Below, piece by piece: positions 9,883 through 19,549 of a stretch of 64,000 nucleotides of DNA. The notes beneath the pieces were generated by a model that saw nothing but the letters and a program-made list of their open reading frames with translations, had not been told where the DNA came from and did no database searches. Each line of letters begins with the position of its first letter. Positions within the stretch are counted from its first letter, which is position 1. The stretch spans positions 8,190 to 72,189 of IMG/VR virus record IMGVR_UViG_3300042893_001103. One strand, 5' to 3'. This DNA comes from a virus. The position numbers and the translations under genes were made by a program.

Positions 9883-10338
9883 TTAGACAACGCCTTGAAC
9901 AGCAAATGTGAGAGCAAACGTTGCTGGAGCACCAGATGATGAATCACCGTCTGGTTCAGTCATTCCAACGAGAAGGCAATTTGCATAGGTGCGGTCAAGA
10001 CCTTGAACTTTGATGTCGCAGTCGTACGTTGTGACAGTTACGTCGTAGTACACGCGACCAATAAGCGGTCTCAATGTCTTAATCTTGGCTGCGATACCGG
10101 TTTGGGTGTCTGATTCCACTCTGTCGTCATCGTAGTGAGCAGTAAGTGTAATGTCACCAATCTCTGCTGGTGCACAAAGAACTTCCGGGAACTTTGCTCC
10201 ACCTGGGTAGATTTTCTCAACGGATGCGGTGATTTCTCCACCTGAAACCTGGGCAAATCTAAAACCTGTCCATTTTGGTGAATTAGCGCCAATTGGCGCA
10301 ATTTCTGCGAGGATTTGCCTCTGTGATACTTTAGCCAT
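9883..10338 (-). CDS. Tail tube protein (T4 gp19-like)
   Basis: 151 aa directly after the sheath; FAQVSGGEI...YPGG...GDITLT...TFALTF. Confidence 0.8.
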   Translation of the reverse strand: MAKVSQRQILAEIAPIGANSPKWTGFRFAQVSGGEITASVEKIYPGGAKFPEVLCAPAEIGDITLTAHYDDDRVESDTQTGIAAKIKTLRPLIGRVYYDVTVTTYDCDIKVQGLDRTYANCLLVGMTEPDGDSSSGAPATFALTFAVQGVV

Positions 10339-10351
10339 CGCTTACTCCTGA

Positions 10352-11827
10352 TTATACTGTAACAGTTGCTGTTAGATTTGATTTGACAATTGTAACTTCA
10401 ATCTTGTCACCGATTGGCGAAACTCGTACACCGAGTTGCGCTTTCACTGTTCCTCCTGCAAGTTGTGCAGTCGTATTGATTGAAGCGTCGCACTTGACCG
10501 AGTAACCAGGGTCAATAAGTTTTCCGTTGACATCAAGTGCTTCGTAAAGAGCACCGATAGCCTTCATTCTTTCGCAGATTCCGGTCAGTCTTCCCTCAAT
10601 TGAGGAGAACAAACCACCGCGACCATCAACAACGGCGAAGATTAGGTCTTCCATTGAAGCGTTAGCCTCAGCGACAACGCTGTTGACCGTATCTTGAGTC
10701 GTAATAAATCTGAAGTTTTCTGTGTCTAGTGAAAGAGAGCGCGCTCCGTAGATTCTTACCGTGTTGGCAATAATTCTGATTGCGTTTACGTAGTCTGTAT
10801 CAAGCGAGTCTCCAAGAGTTCTATTGACATCAACTTCAACACCAGTAACAAAACGAGCAGCAGAGATGAGACCAGCATATGGCTGATGAGGGCCAGTCTG
10901 GTTGTGTGCAAGTGCACGCTTTCCAGCAGCGTAACCATCTGGTGGAATCAATCTTGTTACACCAGCAACGTCTGTTGGAACGTAAACCCAAGGATAGTAG
11001 AGGGCGGCATGCTCAGAACCCGTTTCAGCAGCAAGTGATGCTGCTGCTGCGGTAATTCCCGTTGCTGCTTCTGCAAGGTGGCAGATTGCAATTCTGTTGT
11101 ATGTGTTTGCGTGAGCAATTAGGTCTGCGTTGATTGCGTTTGTCTCTGGGCAAGAAACTGCACCAGGTCCAAAAGAATCGTTGAACAAAGAAAGAGCAGT
11201 AGAAAATGCTGTGAATGTAGTATCAACCGTGTTTTCAGTTCTGTCGTCATCACCATCAACAAAAGTTCCAGCACCAAACGCTGTTACTGCACTGACTTCT
11301 GGCATTCCGTCTGTCAACTTTACAGCCGTCATGTACTTTGAGGCAATGGCACTACTATTAATTGCGGTAACTAGTTGCAACGTTGTTGACTTGAGTCCTG
11401 TTGCAAAAACAAGAACATCGTTGTAGTACAACTTAATATTTTTACTTGAGCCACTAGCAACAACTTCAATATCCATATCGTGTGCCCATGTACCAGGGCC
11501 ATTTGCCGTAAGGCGAATACAGTTAGCACCACCTACACCACCTACGTTAAGAAGGACTTGTGCCGAAGTTGCGCCAGGTCCTACGACTCTTGCGATGTAG
11601 CACTGTGTGCCACCTTCTTCAAAGAAGGTTTGAACGGTTGGGTGAAGGTATGCATATGTTACATATCCACCGAATGTTTCTTCAAACTCTGCAAGGCTTG
11701 TTACGAGAACTGCCTCATCAGCAGGACCGCGCTCAGCGAGTCCAACGAAAAATGCCTGCGACGAAGCGCGCACTGTTGTGCTTGTAGGACCTGTTCTAAC
11801 TGCTGTAGTAATTGTTACGCCTGGCAT
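10352..11827 (-). CDS. Contractile tail sheath protein
   Basis: MPGV...FFVGLAERGP...VTSLAEFEETFG...FFEEGG..CYIARV; ALYYPWV; IPPDG..AG; VNAIR...IYGARSL. Confidence 0.95.
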   Translation of the reverse strand: MPGVTITTAVRTGPTSTTVRASSQAFFVGLAERGPADEAVLVTSLAEFEETFGGYVTYAYLHPTVQTFFEEGGTQCYIARVVGPGATSAQVLLNVGGVGGANCIRLTANGPGTWAHDMDIEVVASGSSKNIKLYYNDVLVFATGLKSTTLQLVTAINSSAIASKYMTAVKLTDGMPEVSAVTAFGAGTFVDGDDDRTENTVDTTFTAFSTALSLFNDSFGPGAVSCPETNAINADLIAHANTYNRIAICHLAEAATGITAAAASLAAETGSEHAALYYPWVYVPTDVAGVTRLIPPDGYAAGKRALAHNQTGPHQPYAGLISAARFVTGVEVDVNRTLGDSLDTDYVNAIRIIANTVRIYGARSLSLDTENFRFITTQDTVNSVVAEANASMEDLIFAVVDGRGGLFSSIEGRLTGICERMKAIGALYEALDVNGKLIDPGYSVKCDASINTTAQLAGGTVKAQLGVRVSPIGDKIEVTIVKSNLTATVTV

Positions 11828-11841
11828 GTGACCTCCGTGTC

Positions 11842-12219
11842 TTAAAGTTCGTCGCTGTTAAGCGTCTTACTGTCGTCTGGCAAGTCTAATTGTACAGAAA
11901 CTTGCTCGGTAGAATCTGCAACTGTTGTTAAAGTTTCTTCTTTTACTTTTTCAACTTTTGTTTCTTCAATTTTTGTTTTTTTGGACTTTTCTTTTGTTTC
12001 TTCTGTCTTGACAATTTCAAGTTTGTAAGACTTTACGGCAGAAAGGATTTCCGGGTTATCGTCGCAAGAAAATGCTTCATCCTCCGGGTATAGCAAAACA
12101 GGGGGCAAACCAATAGTTATATTTCTTCCGGAAATATTCTTGACAACAATATGTCCAGAGCCGTCATTTTCAAAGTCGGATTGGCCTTTGATTTTTTCAA
12201 CTTTGTGTGAATGGGTCAT
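11842..12219 (-). CDS. Hypothetical protein (neck/tail region), Lys/Glu-rich C-terminus
   Basis: ORF with AGGAG SD and upstream TACACT, inside the tail operon. Confidence 0.55.
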   Translation of the reverse strand: MTHSHKVEKIKGQSDFENDGSGHIVVKNISGRNITIGLPPVLLYPEDEAFSCDDNPEILSAVKSYKLEIVKTEETKEKSKKTKIEETKVEKVKEETLTTVADSTEQVSVQLDLPDDSKTLNSDEL

Positions 12220-12258
12220 TTTTGCTCCTGATTGACTTTAATTAGTGTACATCACTAT

Positions 12259-12843
12259 TTACGGCGTTAAGTCTAGATTACTAAATTCAATTACAACAGA
12301 AGATGCATCAGCGAGTGGTCTTCTGTCAACAACTTCGTCAATAGATAAGTCATAAGATATGTATGCCCCAGCAAGGACTCTGTCCCCCTTGAGGAGCGTT
12401 AAGTCAGAAAATTGTTCCTGCATTGAGCCTTCGTCTATCTGCAAGCGAAACGTTTCTTGTGGGTCTGTTGCTTTTAGACATGGGTAATCTAAAAGAGCCG
12501 ACCTAACGACCGTCGTGAATCTGTCTCTCATTAGTGTTGTTTCTGCGGAACCAACATCTCTAACCCATACGTAGGTGCGCATTGTGTAGTTAACCCTGTA
12601 GAGGGGGTTGGAGTCGGAATACCCGATTCTTTCAATTCTGTTGGTTGACATGACAACGGTTATTATTGTTGGCCATTCGTCTAAAGCAATCGGCTCGTAA
12701 GTAAGAAACTTGACCGGAGTTGGGAGTTGCTCATCGTCTGCGTTCCAGCCATTTCTGTAGTCAATAATTCTTATAGGAATATCGTCACTAAGGTAAGAAT
12801 TAACATAAGCCTTGGCAAATTGAGCACCGTACATCAGTTCCAT
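12259..12843 (-). CDS. Putative tail terminator / tail completion protein
   Basis: Position before the sheath; WPTIITV... beta-rich pattern; translationally coupled. Confidence 0.5.
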   Translation of the reverse strand: MELMYGAQFAKAYVNSYLSDDIPIRIIDYRNGWNADDEQLPTPVKFLTYEPIALDEWPTIITVVMSTNRIERIGYSDSNPLYRVNYTMRTYVWVRDVGSAETTLMRDRFTTVVRSALLDYPCLKATDPQETFRLQIDEGSMQEQFSDLTLLKGDRVLAGAYISYDLSIDEVVDRRPLADASSVVIEFSNLDLTP

Positions 12844-13286
12844 TAGTTGCCCTCGGCGATGTAGCGCTCAGCATCTTTGGCTAGTTTCTTTGCAAACATA
12901 GGAGGTTCAAAAATAATCTCACGTTTTGGCATGCTCCAGGTTCCATATTGATGAAATTTTGCCACTGGTGCGTCGGTACCAAATCTCGCTGATTGACGAT
13001 TTATTTCGCTAACTGAAAATGTTTCAATACTTTTAAACAATCCGCCAGACCTAACAAGTGTTGGTGCACCTGGAAAACGAACAGACTTCCATGCCCCATA
13101 TTCGGCATCTAGCGGAGCCCATTTACCACTGCCGTTAGATAAGAAATGTTTTGTGTAGATGTCTGATAAATCTTTTTTTGCTCTTCTAAAAACAGGGCGC
13201 AAGTCTTCCACTCTGTCTCTTACGTCTTGCAGGAGTTCCTGTGCATCGTTCGTGTTTACTTCAACCCGTACGCGCATTTTACGCAA
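12843..13286 (-). CDS. Phage virion morphogenesis / tail completion protein (Mu gpG-like)
   Basis: WAPL...LVRSGGL..SI...FGT...AKFHQYGT..MPKR motif. Confidence 0.8.
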   Translation of the reverse strand: MRKMRVRVEVNTNDAQELLQDVRDRVEDLRPVFRRAKKDLSDIYTKHFLSNGSGKWAPLDAEYGAWKSVRFPGAPTLVRSGGLFKSIETFSVSEINRQSARFGTDAPVAKFHQYGTWSMPKREIIFEPPMFAKKLAKDAERYIAEGN

Positions 13287-14166
13287 CCCTGACTCTTCTG
13301 TATTTTTTAACAGACATTAGTTCTCTGTCGGTAAATCCTGTTTCAAGTGGAGCGACATTTCTTGGCTCTAAATCTTTAATACCGACAACGTCATCATGCA
13401 TGTTCTGCATTTCCCTAGTTGCTGCTCTAAGAATCAAAAGTTTGAATACTGGTATTGAGGCTCCATCCAATCCGGCCTCATAGGTAATCGTTACAGTATC
13501 GTCAGCAACAATGTTGAAAATGTCTATTCCGTATCTTCTTACTGTGTAGTTGCTACCTATTGCCTCTGCAAAACCTCCAGAAACATAGGCGGATAAAGCG
13601 CCAGCCTCAACTACAACAACAAACGTATTCGCAGTAACTTCTGTTATTTTTTTATTTAGAACATTGTAACCAATAGGCGTAATTCCCGTAACTGTTACAT
13701 ATTGACCAACTGTAAATTTATGATTAGCAGAGGTAAACGTTATTTTTGTTCCGACTTTAGTAGCCGAAGTAACAGTTGCTTCCCTGCTCACCGCTTCACC
13801 CAGGTATGTAGGTGTTGTCCATTGGTTTTGTATCTGAACACTTAATACTCGGGCAACGGGAGAATTACGAAGATAGATAGTTTCTGGCGGCATTGCGTAG
13901 TTCATTGAAGATTGACTTGAGTTGCCGTTGGCGGTATAAAAAGAAGACTCAAGACTACTTTGGTAAAAAAATGAAGACATTGGTATGGCGTTGTGAGTAG
14001 TGGGAACTTTATACTCCTCAACAAATTCAACTACCTCAATTGGTCTTCTTAGGTATGATTCCAGTTCGCTTTGAAGACCGGACAGCACAATTTCAGCAGC
14101 ATCTTGCTGCCTTAGGGACAGCGATATGTCCATGTATGTTACGAGGTCTCGTACTTCAACTAGCAT
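13279..14166 (-). CDS. Head-tail adaptor/connector with an inserted beta domain
   Basis: LV..DL..Y...ELESYLRRP, LRNSPV..V.SV, VTITYEAG...L.KYRR; internal TFTSANHKFTVGQYVTVTG insert. Confidence 0.7.
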   Translation of the reverse strand: MLVEVRDLVTYMDISLSLRQQDAAEIVLSGLQSELESYLRRPIEVVEFVEEYKVPTTHNAIPMSSFFYQSSLESSFYTANGNSSQSSMNYAMPPETIYLRNSPVARVLSVQIQNQWTTPTYLGEAVSREATVTSATKVGTKITFTSANHKFTVGQYVTVTGITPIGYNVLNKKITEVTANTFVVVVEAGALSAYVSGGFAEAIGSNYTVRRYGIDIFNIVADDTVTITYEAGLDGASIPVFKLLILRAATREMQNMHDDVVGIKDLEPRNVAPLETGFTDRELMSVKKYRRVRVA

Positions 14167-14191
14167 TGATTCCCCCTCGGGGATGTATTAA

Positions 14192-14389
14192 TTATCTTCC
14201 AGGACGACCACGACGGAAAAGGGCGTTAGCACCTTCTCTTACAATGTCTCTGGCTCGTTCGCCCTGAACTCCGCCTCTACCCAAGCGCCTGCGACCTGTC
14301 TGGAGAATGGAGCGAGCAGTACGGCGAACACGGCCGGCGCGTTCGGCTCCTAGAACTCTTCTTAAAAAACCAGTTTTTGGTACGTCCAT
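14192..14389 (-). CDS. Small Arg/Gly-rich basic protein
   Basis: 65 aa with AAGGAG SD and upstream TACAAT; very Arg-rich. Confidence 0.6.
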   Translation of the reverse strand: MDVPKTGFLRRVLGAERAGRVRRTARSILQTGRRRLGRGGVQGERARDIVREGANALFRRGRPGR

Positions 14390-14433
14390 TGCTTAACTCC
14401 TTGAATTGGGTGCTCGGCAAATTGTACCATTAA

Positions 14434-14985
14434 TCACCTATCGGCATTTGGTGGACGCTCAATAGCGACCTGTAATTCCGTTGCTTTCGCGTCTGCTTCA
14501 ACTGGAACCCATGCACGAGAATAGTTGTGTTCTGAAATTTTACGATGTTTAAGCAGGGACCCATCAAGCATTAAGTGAAACTCGTCGTGATGCATCTGTA
14601 GGAGTTCTTGAAAATCTTCTTTACAGTATTTTTTTGAATTAATTAAATTCCTAACAATGCTAGATACTGGCTTAGCAAGAAGATTTCCCCGAGAACGGTT
14701 AAGCCTAAGATGCATGAATTGAGCGTCAAGACTGTCGCATTCAACATAAATGACAGGACAATCATCCTTCATGAGGCTCTTTACGTGCTTGTTTTTGGTA
14801 GCAAGCATAAATCGCTCGTTTCCATCAATAATGATATTTGTGTCTTTTTGTACAACTATTGGCAACATAAACCCAAAATCCATCAAAGACCTAGAAAGCG
14901 CAAGAAGGTCAGGTCGCAGCATGTACGTAGCCTTAAATGAGGCCACTTGTAACTCCGAGAATGGAACCATCTCAATATTGTTCAT
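14434..14985 (-). CDS. ParB/Srx-like protein (IbrB-like)
   Basis: LSRSLMDFGFMLPIVV...IIDGNERF...LRLNRSRG; coupled to an IbrA-like gene. Confidence 0.75.
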   Translation of the reverse strand: MNNIEMVPFSELQVASFKATYMLRPDLLALSRSLMDFGFMLPIVVQKDTNIIIDGNERFMLATKNKHVKSLMKDDCPVIYVECDSLDAQFMHLRLNRSRGNLLAKPVSSIVRNLINSKKYCKEDFQELLQMHHDEFHLMLDGSLLKHRKISEHNYSRAWVPVEADAKATELQVAIERPPNADR

Positions 14986-16114
14986 TATTTAACTCCTGCT
15001 CGGCTGCTTTCGCCCTAAGTGTATGTGCTTTAGTTTTTGGCCCCACTGGTGCTGCTGCGGAAACTGTTATCTCATTAAGAATCAGGTTTCTAATAAGCCA
15101 GTTGATTGGGTATGAGTATGGGTCCTTGATGTGCTTTTTTCTAAAATCTGCCGTATACGCCCGAGCGCGTCGTTTGTCAATCTCGTCAAGCATGTTTTCG
15201 TTAATGCAGCGTTTAGCACCTTCAAAACCATCAATTGCATAACTTTCAATAAACTTCTCAATATTAAAATCCGGCCACCAGCGCCTCTGCGCGTCAATGT
15301 TGGGCCATATGTCGCAAAGGGTGTCATAGAAGCCTGGCTCTGTTGCAACTAGGTCACCGATGCGCCTGATGGCCACTGCGTGCAATGGTACGCCAACTCG
15401 GGTATTGGAGCCGGTCATGGCGGCAAGGTCGTAGTACTCGCAGTACTCGGCATCGTGCTCTTCTGATATGAATTTAAGAACATCATCCATTTGCCAGTCG
15501 TAAATGACTTTAGCAAATTTAAGAGGTATTGACTTTTTCATTTTATAGGGAGAGACGATGTAGTTTTCATGTATCTTCTGAACTAGCGACCTATACCGAA
15601 CCATTGATTCGTTTGCCCTGACTCCAGTTATGAAAGCAATGCTTCCAGTCTTTCCCTGCATTGTGTAGTAGTCAATGCCTTCTGGCATCACTTCGTCACC
15701 AGGAAGACCGAAATGTCCAGCATGAATTGCCCATTCTGGCATTTCTCTGACTAGACGACCTTCTCGTTTTCTAAAAGAATCCCATGAAAGGATATTTTCC
15801 CTAACACCAAGAACCCACACTTCTTGCGGATACGGAAGGCAGTACCACTCCATGTCAACCCAGTCGTACTGTCTGACCTTATTGACATAGTCATGAACGA
15901 GCGGACTGACCATTTCTTGGTCTCTGAAAATTACTTTTACAGGACCAAGACCACGCTCTTCGTGAATTTCTTTAGCAAGATACAAGACGGCAGTTGAGTC
16001 TTTTCCACCAGAAAACTGGACACATACAGTGTCAAAGTTGTCATAGACATGGCGAATTCTCTGACGAGCAGCATCAACGCACGATATGTCCAAGAACATT
16101 CTCTGCTTAGTCAT
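14972..16114 (-). CDS. PAPS-reductase-family protein (IbrA/DUF3440-like)
   Basis: PP-loop FSGGKDS, FRDQE, GVRANES..R, IYDW..DV. Confidence 0.85.
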   Translation of the reverse strand: MTKQRMFLDISCVDAARQRIRHVYDNFDTVCVQFSGGKDSTAVLYLAKEIHEERGLGPVKVIFRDQEMVSPLVHDYVNKVRQYDWVDMEWYCLPYPQEVWVLGVRENILSWDSFRKREGRLVREMPEWAIHAGHFGLPGDEVMPEGIDYYTMQGKTGSIAFITGVRANESMVRYRSLVQKIHENYIVSPYKMKKSIPLKFAKVIYDWQMDDVLKFISEEHDAEYCEYYDLAAMTGSNTRVGVPLHAVAIRRIGDLVATEPGFYDTLCDIWPNIDAQRRWWPDFNIEKFIESYAIDGFEGAKRCINENMLDEIDKRRARAYTADFRKKHIKDPYSYPINWLIRNLILNEITVSAAAPVGPKTKAHTLRAKAAEQELNNEQY

Positions 16115-16284
16115 TAGTATTTTGCAATCTGCGATAGGCGAGAAACTTCTGCCTGAAGTTCGTCTACTTGACGAAGTAGAGAATCACGTTCTTCGGTCAT
16201 CTTTTGAAGTTCTTCCCAATAAGAAGGAACACCAGTGACGGTATGGGCTCTATTGATACGGTTTTTGTATTCGTCTATGTTCAT
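16114..16284 (-). CDS. Small coiled-coil hypothetical protein
   Basis: Fills the gap between coupled genes; ATG at 16284 follows GAGG. Confidence 0.5.
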   Translation of the reverse strand: MNIDEYKNRINRAHTVTGVPSYWEELQKMTEERDSLLRQVDELQAEVSRLSQIAKY

Positions 16285-16285
16285 C

Positions 16286-17077
16286 TCAAACCTCGGTATG
16301 CATGTCAATAAAGTCAATTAATTTTTCTGCTGTAGTAACTCCAGATATTCCTGGGTCATTTCGGAGATAGCGTACAAAGTCATACCATCTACGCTGCTGG
16401 TCTGGGTTGTCAAAAACTATTGTGTACTGAACCACTGCTTGCGGTGAAGAGCCAGGAGAAACAAGAGTGCTTCCGCTAACTGCCACTTGGTTGTGGTCAA
16501 CGTTGTTGCCAGCAACAATTCGTCTAACACCATCTTCCGATTCTTCAATATTTATATTGATTGGAGTACTGATAGGAATGTTTCCGTCTGGGTTCTGGAT
16601 TGTTGGAGTGAAGTACGCATCTGCAATGGGGGAAATAATTTCTGATGAAATCTGAGTCTCCTCCATTGCTGCCACTTCAAACTCGTCCCATCCAAGACCC
16701 TCAAAGAGTTCGGGGTAGTCTTGATACAGGTCAATCACCATGTCGTTAAGCAGCGACGGGTCAGTGTGTCCCAATTCCATCGTCCTGTTGTCGGCAAGTG
16801 CAAACGCAATCGCTTCGTCGTTATTGGCGTCCATTTTGACGACAGCAATCTTGCTCCACCCAAGACGCCTAGCAGCCTCCAGTTGGTGGTTTCCAGCAAT
16901 GACTGTAAATGTTCCGTTGTCGTTAGGGCGAGCAACTATTGGCTTCATCTGCCCGAACTCTTCGTAGGAAGCCATAATTGCTTCAATGTTTCCCTTGCGA
17001 GGATTTTTCTCTAAAGGGATAAGAGAATCCATCTCTACAGCAAGGGGTTTAAGGTCTTCCGAAATGTTATTTTTCAT
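16286..17077 (-). CDS. ParB N-terminal-domain protein
   Basis: L.P.EKNPRKG..I..S..EFGQ.KPIV...VIAGNHQLEAA..LGW...ALADNRT. Confidence 0.85.
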   Translation of the reverse strand: MKNNISEDLKPLAVEMDSLIPLEKNPRKGNIEAIMASYEEFGQMKPIVARPNDNGTFTVIAGNHQLEAARRLGWSKIAVVKMDANNDEAIAFALADNRTMELGHTDPSLLNDMVIDLYQDYPELFEGLGWDEFEVAAMEETQISSEIISPIADAYFTPTIQNPDGNIPISTPININIEESEDGVRRIVAGNNVDHNQVAVSGSTLVSPGSSPQAVVQYTIVFDNPDQQRRWYDFVRYLRNDPGISGVTTAEKLIDFIDMHTEV

Positions 17078-17421
17078 TGTCCTACCTGAACTCTGACGTT
17101 AGCGTTTAGGGTTCGCATAGCATCAATAGAAGTGCGGAGAGAAAGAAGTTTCTCTCGTTTAGCCTTCAAGAGAGCCTCGGCAATTTTGTAATCAAAGTTT
17201 TCGTCAGCAAGTTTGTAATCTGCCCATGCTTCACGTTCTTTGATTGAGCCTTTTGCTGATAGATATTCTTTAGCCCAATTTGCTTTGTAGAGAGATTCTT
17301 TTTTTGCAGAATCTTCCGCAAGTGACTCAAACGCTTCTGTTTCTTCTTCCAACATCTCAAGGAGTCGCATTAACTCGTGTTCAATATCTACTTGACTAAT
17401 AGGACTATTTCGCGAAATCAT
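17074..17421 (-). CDS. Helical hypothetical protein in the recombination block
   Basis: Coupled ORF, coiled-coil character. Confidence 0.6.
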   Translation of the reverse strand: MISRNSPISQVDIEHELMRLLEMLEEETEAFESLAEDSAKKESLYKANWAKEYLSAKGSIKEREAWADYKLADENFDYKIAEALLKAKREKLLSLRTSIDAMRTLNANVRVQVGQ

Positions 17422-17944
17422 TATTCTCCATTAAGTGTTCCATTGGTGACCAATCTATCTTTTCAAAAGAAGAAAGTTGCTCTTTGGTCCATTGATATGC
17501 AGATAATCCTACTTTAGTAATGGCCATCTGTTCAAGCACCCATGCATCACATTCGTCATTGCCCGAAGCGCCGCTAAAAATAATTCCAGTCTTTGCCGAG
17601 ATTGCCGAGATTACTTCTCCCTTTGATGCATTTCCTCGTCCAGTTGCAAACTTTGCTCGGCAGGTAGGCGGTATTTCAACAATCGGAATACTGCATTCAA
17701 ACAGCGTCATTCTGATACAGCCACCCAATTCACCAATACTGAACGCTTGACCACTACGGGAGGCAAACGAGTACCCCTCAATTACCACGCAGTCAATTTC
17801 GTTTTCTAGACACTCATGCAATACGCTCTTTGTAACCTCGGACAAACGCTCGGCACCTCGTGCTTTGGAGCGGACAACGCTAGTTACGCCGTCCATGGAC
17901 ATACCCGTAGATGTAAGCGAAAGGTCAAGACCCATGAGTCTCAT
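17405..17944 (-). CDS. ruvC: RuvC-like Holliday junction resolvase
   Basis: GLDLSLTSTG, VVIEGYSF, ELGG, KFATGRGNASK, NDECDA; ATGA overlap at 17941-17944. Confidence 0.85.
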   Translation of the reverse strand: MRLMGLDLSLTSTGMSMDGVTSVVRSKARGAERLSEVTKSVLHECLENEIDCVVIEGYSFASRSGQAFSIGELGGCIRMTLFECSIPIVEIPPTCRAKFATGRGNASKGEVISAISAKTGIIFSGASGNDECDAWVLEQMAITKVGLSAYQWTKEQLSSFEKIDWSPMEHLMENNDFAK

Positions 17945-18243
17945 CTCTCCCAACCTCTTTTGGCTAAACCCAGGTCAAATGCAAGTTGAGGATAGTTTCC
18001 TATACGGGTGTGACAGGGGCGACATACAGCCATCAGATTATCTTCTTCAAGAATAGAGCCACCCTGGGAGCGGCGAACTATTTCGTGAATATCCTGCGAA
18101 GAACGACGCACATACGTTGCAAGTCCGTCATGTTCGGCAAATACTGGACAGGCTTCGCATAGTGGTCTCTCTTCAAGAAGTTTCTCCACAAGGGGCCTAC
18201 GGAGTCTATATTCCGCTTCTTTTTTCTTTGACCTGTGACGCAC
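17941..18243 (-). CDS. HNH endonuclease
   Basis: CEAC...DIHE...RSQGGS...NLMAVCRPCH. Confidence 0.85.
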   Translation of the reverse strand: MRHRSKKKEAEYRLRRPLVEKLLEERPLCEACPVFAEHDGLATYVRRSSQDIHEIVRRSQGGSILEEDNLMAVCRPCHTRIGNYPQLAFDLGLAKRGWER

Positions 18244-18287
18244 GGACAGAGTCTAGTTCAATTTATAACCAGTAGACGAGATGCGTA

Positions 18288-18794
18288 CTACAAATTTCTT
18301 TCATTAATGTCATCAAATTCCCAGTTGCCATTTATTGCAGCCCATAAAGCCCTGTCAATTGATGTGTCCTCAAGGTCGTATTCTCGTAAAAGGTTTTTAT
18401 GTTTAATGATTGCATTTTCAAGAAACGAAGCCCTACCCCAGCCGTCGGAAGATACTGTTTCTCCGGTTTCTATCATTGTCATAACTTCATCAAGGCGATG
18501 ATTTACATAGAATTTAAATCTGTCAATCTTTTTTATTCGGTGCTGATATTCACGAGCCGCTTCAGCAGCAAGTCTCTCGCCACTCCTGCCCATTGACAAA
18601 TATCTTTCAGCATCGGCATCGGCATCGTCCTTTATGCCCTCAATCTGAATGTCAAGGTTTTCAACCAAAAGAAGCAAACCGTCTTTCCATCTGTGCCAAT
18701 TTTCAGGCTCAAGAAGGATTTGTTTCTGAACGGAAGAAAGTTTGTTTTTAACTTCCTCAGATACCATTCGTGCGAATACGTCGTCGTTAATCAT
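18288..18794 (-). CDS. Hypothetical protein
   Basis: ATGA overlap with the upstream gene; helical protein. Confidence 0.65.
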   Translation of the reverse strand: MINDDVFARMVSEEVKNKLSSVQKQILLEPENWHRWKDGLLLLVENLDIQIEGIKDDADADAERYLSMGRSGERLAAEAAREYQHRIKKIDRFKFYVNHRLDEVMTMIETGETVSSDGWGRASFLENAIIKHKNLLREYDLEDTSIDRALWAAINGNWEFDDINERNL

Positions 18795-19549
18795 GACCGC
18801 CATGCAGGACATATCTTTTTAAAGGAACACCAATTACAGAGTATTGATTTGTTTGGTTCAAACTCGCCAGTCTCGCACTTTATGTCTATTTTCTTTTTTG
18901 TCTCAGTCACGGTTGCTTCAACTTTGTAAAGGTCTTCCTCGGTTACTGCCTGACTAAACTGAACGCCGTCTTTTAGATACAGGAGTTCAACTGTAGTTGC
19001 TTTACCAACGCCTGTTGATTCAAGCAAATGAGAGTAAATCAAGAGTTGAAAAAACTTATCGCTAATCCAGTTTTTCTTTGGGGTTTTACCAGTTTTATAG
19101 TCCGAAATAGTAAAACCAGTTTCGTTCTTGTCAAATCTATCTATAAACCCCTTGATACGAACTCCGCCTATTTCGCCATTTAGTTCATGCTCAAGACCTA
19201 TTGGGGCAACAAGGGTAGGTTCTTCTATTCTCCACAGGTTCTGAATGCACCACCAGGATTTCCACCTAAACATACGCAATGCTTCGTCGCCACGAACCCA
19301 CGGCTTAACTCTGTCGCTCCACCCATTTTCCCATAGTTGGGCCGCTATGAGTTTTGCTTCGTCCTGCGTTCTCTCTTCGTGATTGCAGTGATAAAGAGTT
19401 TCTAGAACATCGTGCACAAAGTTACCCATCAGGGTTGCTTCTGTTGGGTCGTCTTTAAGCATGTCAATTTTTGAATACTTAAATTTTAATGGACACTGCT
19501 CAAAGGTCCCCATTGACGATGGGGACAAATGTGGCGGAGGGGTAAACAT
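18791..19549 (-). CDS. Cas4/RecB-like PD-(D/E)XK exonuclease
   Basis: LSPSS..F.QCP, G..VH, G.IDR, DYKTGK, QL.IY, C..C....CP (four Cys). Confidence 0.9.
   Translation of the reverse strand: MFTPPPHLSPSSMGTFEQCPLKFKYSKIDMLKDDPTEATLMGNFVHDVLETLYHCNHEERTQDEAKLIAAQLWENGWSDRVKPWVRGDEALRMFRWKSWWCIQNLWRIEEPTLVAPIGLEHELNGEIGGVRIKGFIDRFDKNETGFTISDYKTGKTPKKNWISDKFFQLLIYSHLLESTGVGKATTVELLYLKDGVQFSQAVTEEDLYKVEATVTETKKKIDIKCETGEFEPNKSILCNWCSFKKICPAWRS

Noticed and set aside
9883-12843. Possible eCIS/tailocin or T6SS locus (sheath, tube, spike, toxins)
   Set aside because: Terminase, portal, prohead protease, major capsid and neck genes are present, so this is a complete myovirus-type morphogenesis set
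18791-19549. Cas4-like gene as sign of a CRISPR-Cas system
   Set aside because: No repeat-spacer array or other cas genes seen; it sits with Rad52 and RuvC as a typical phage recombination exonuclease
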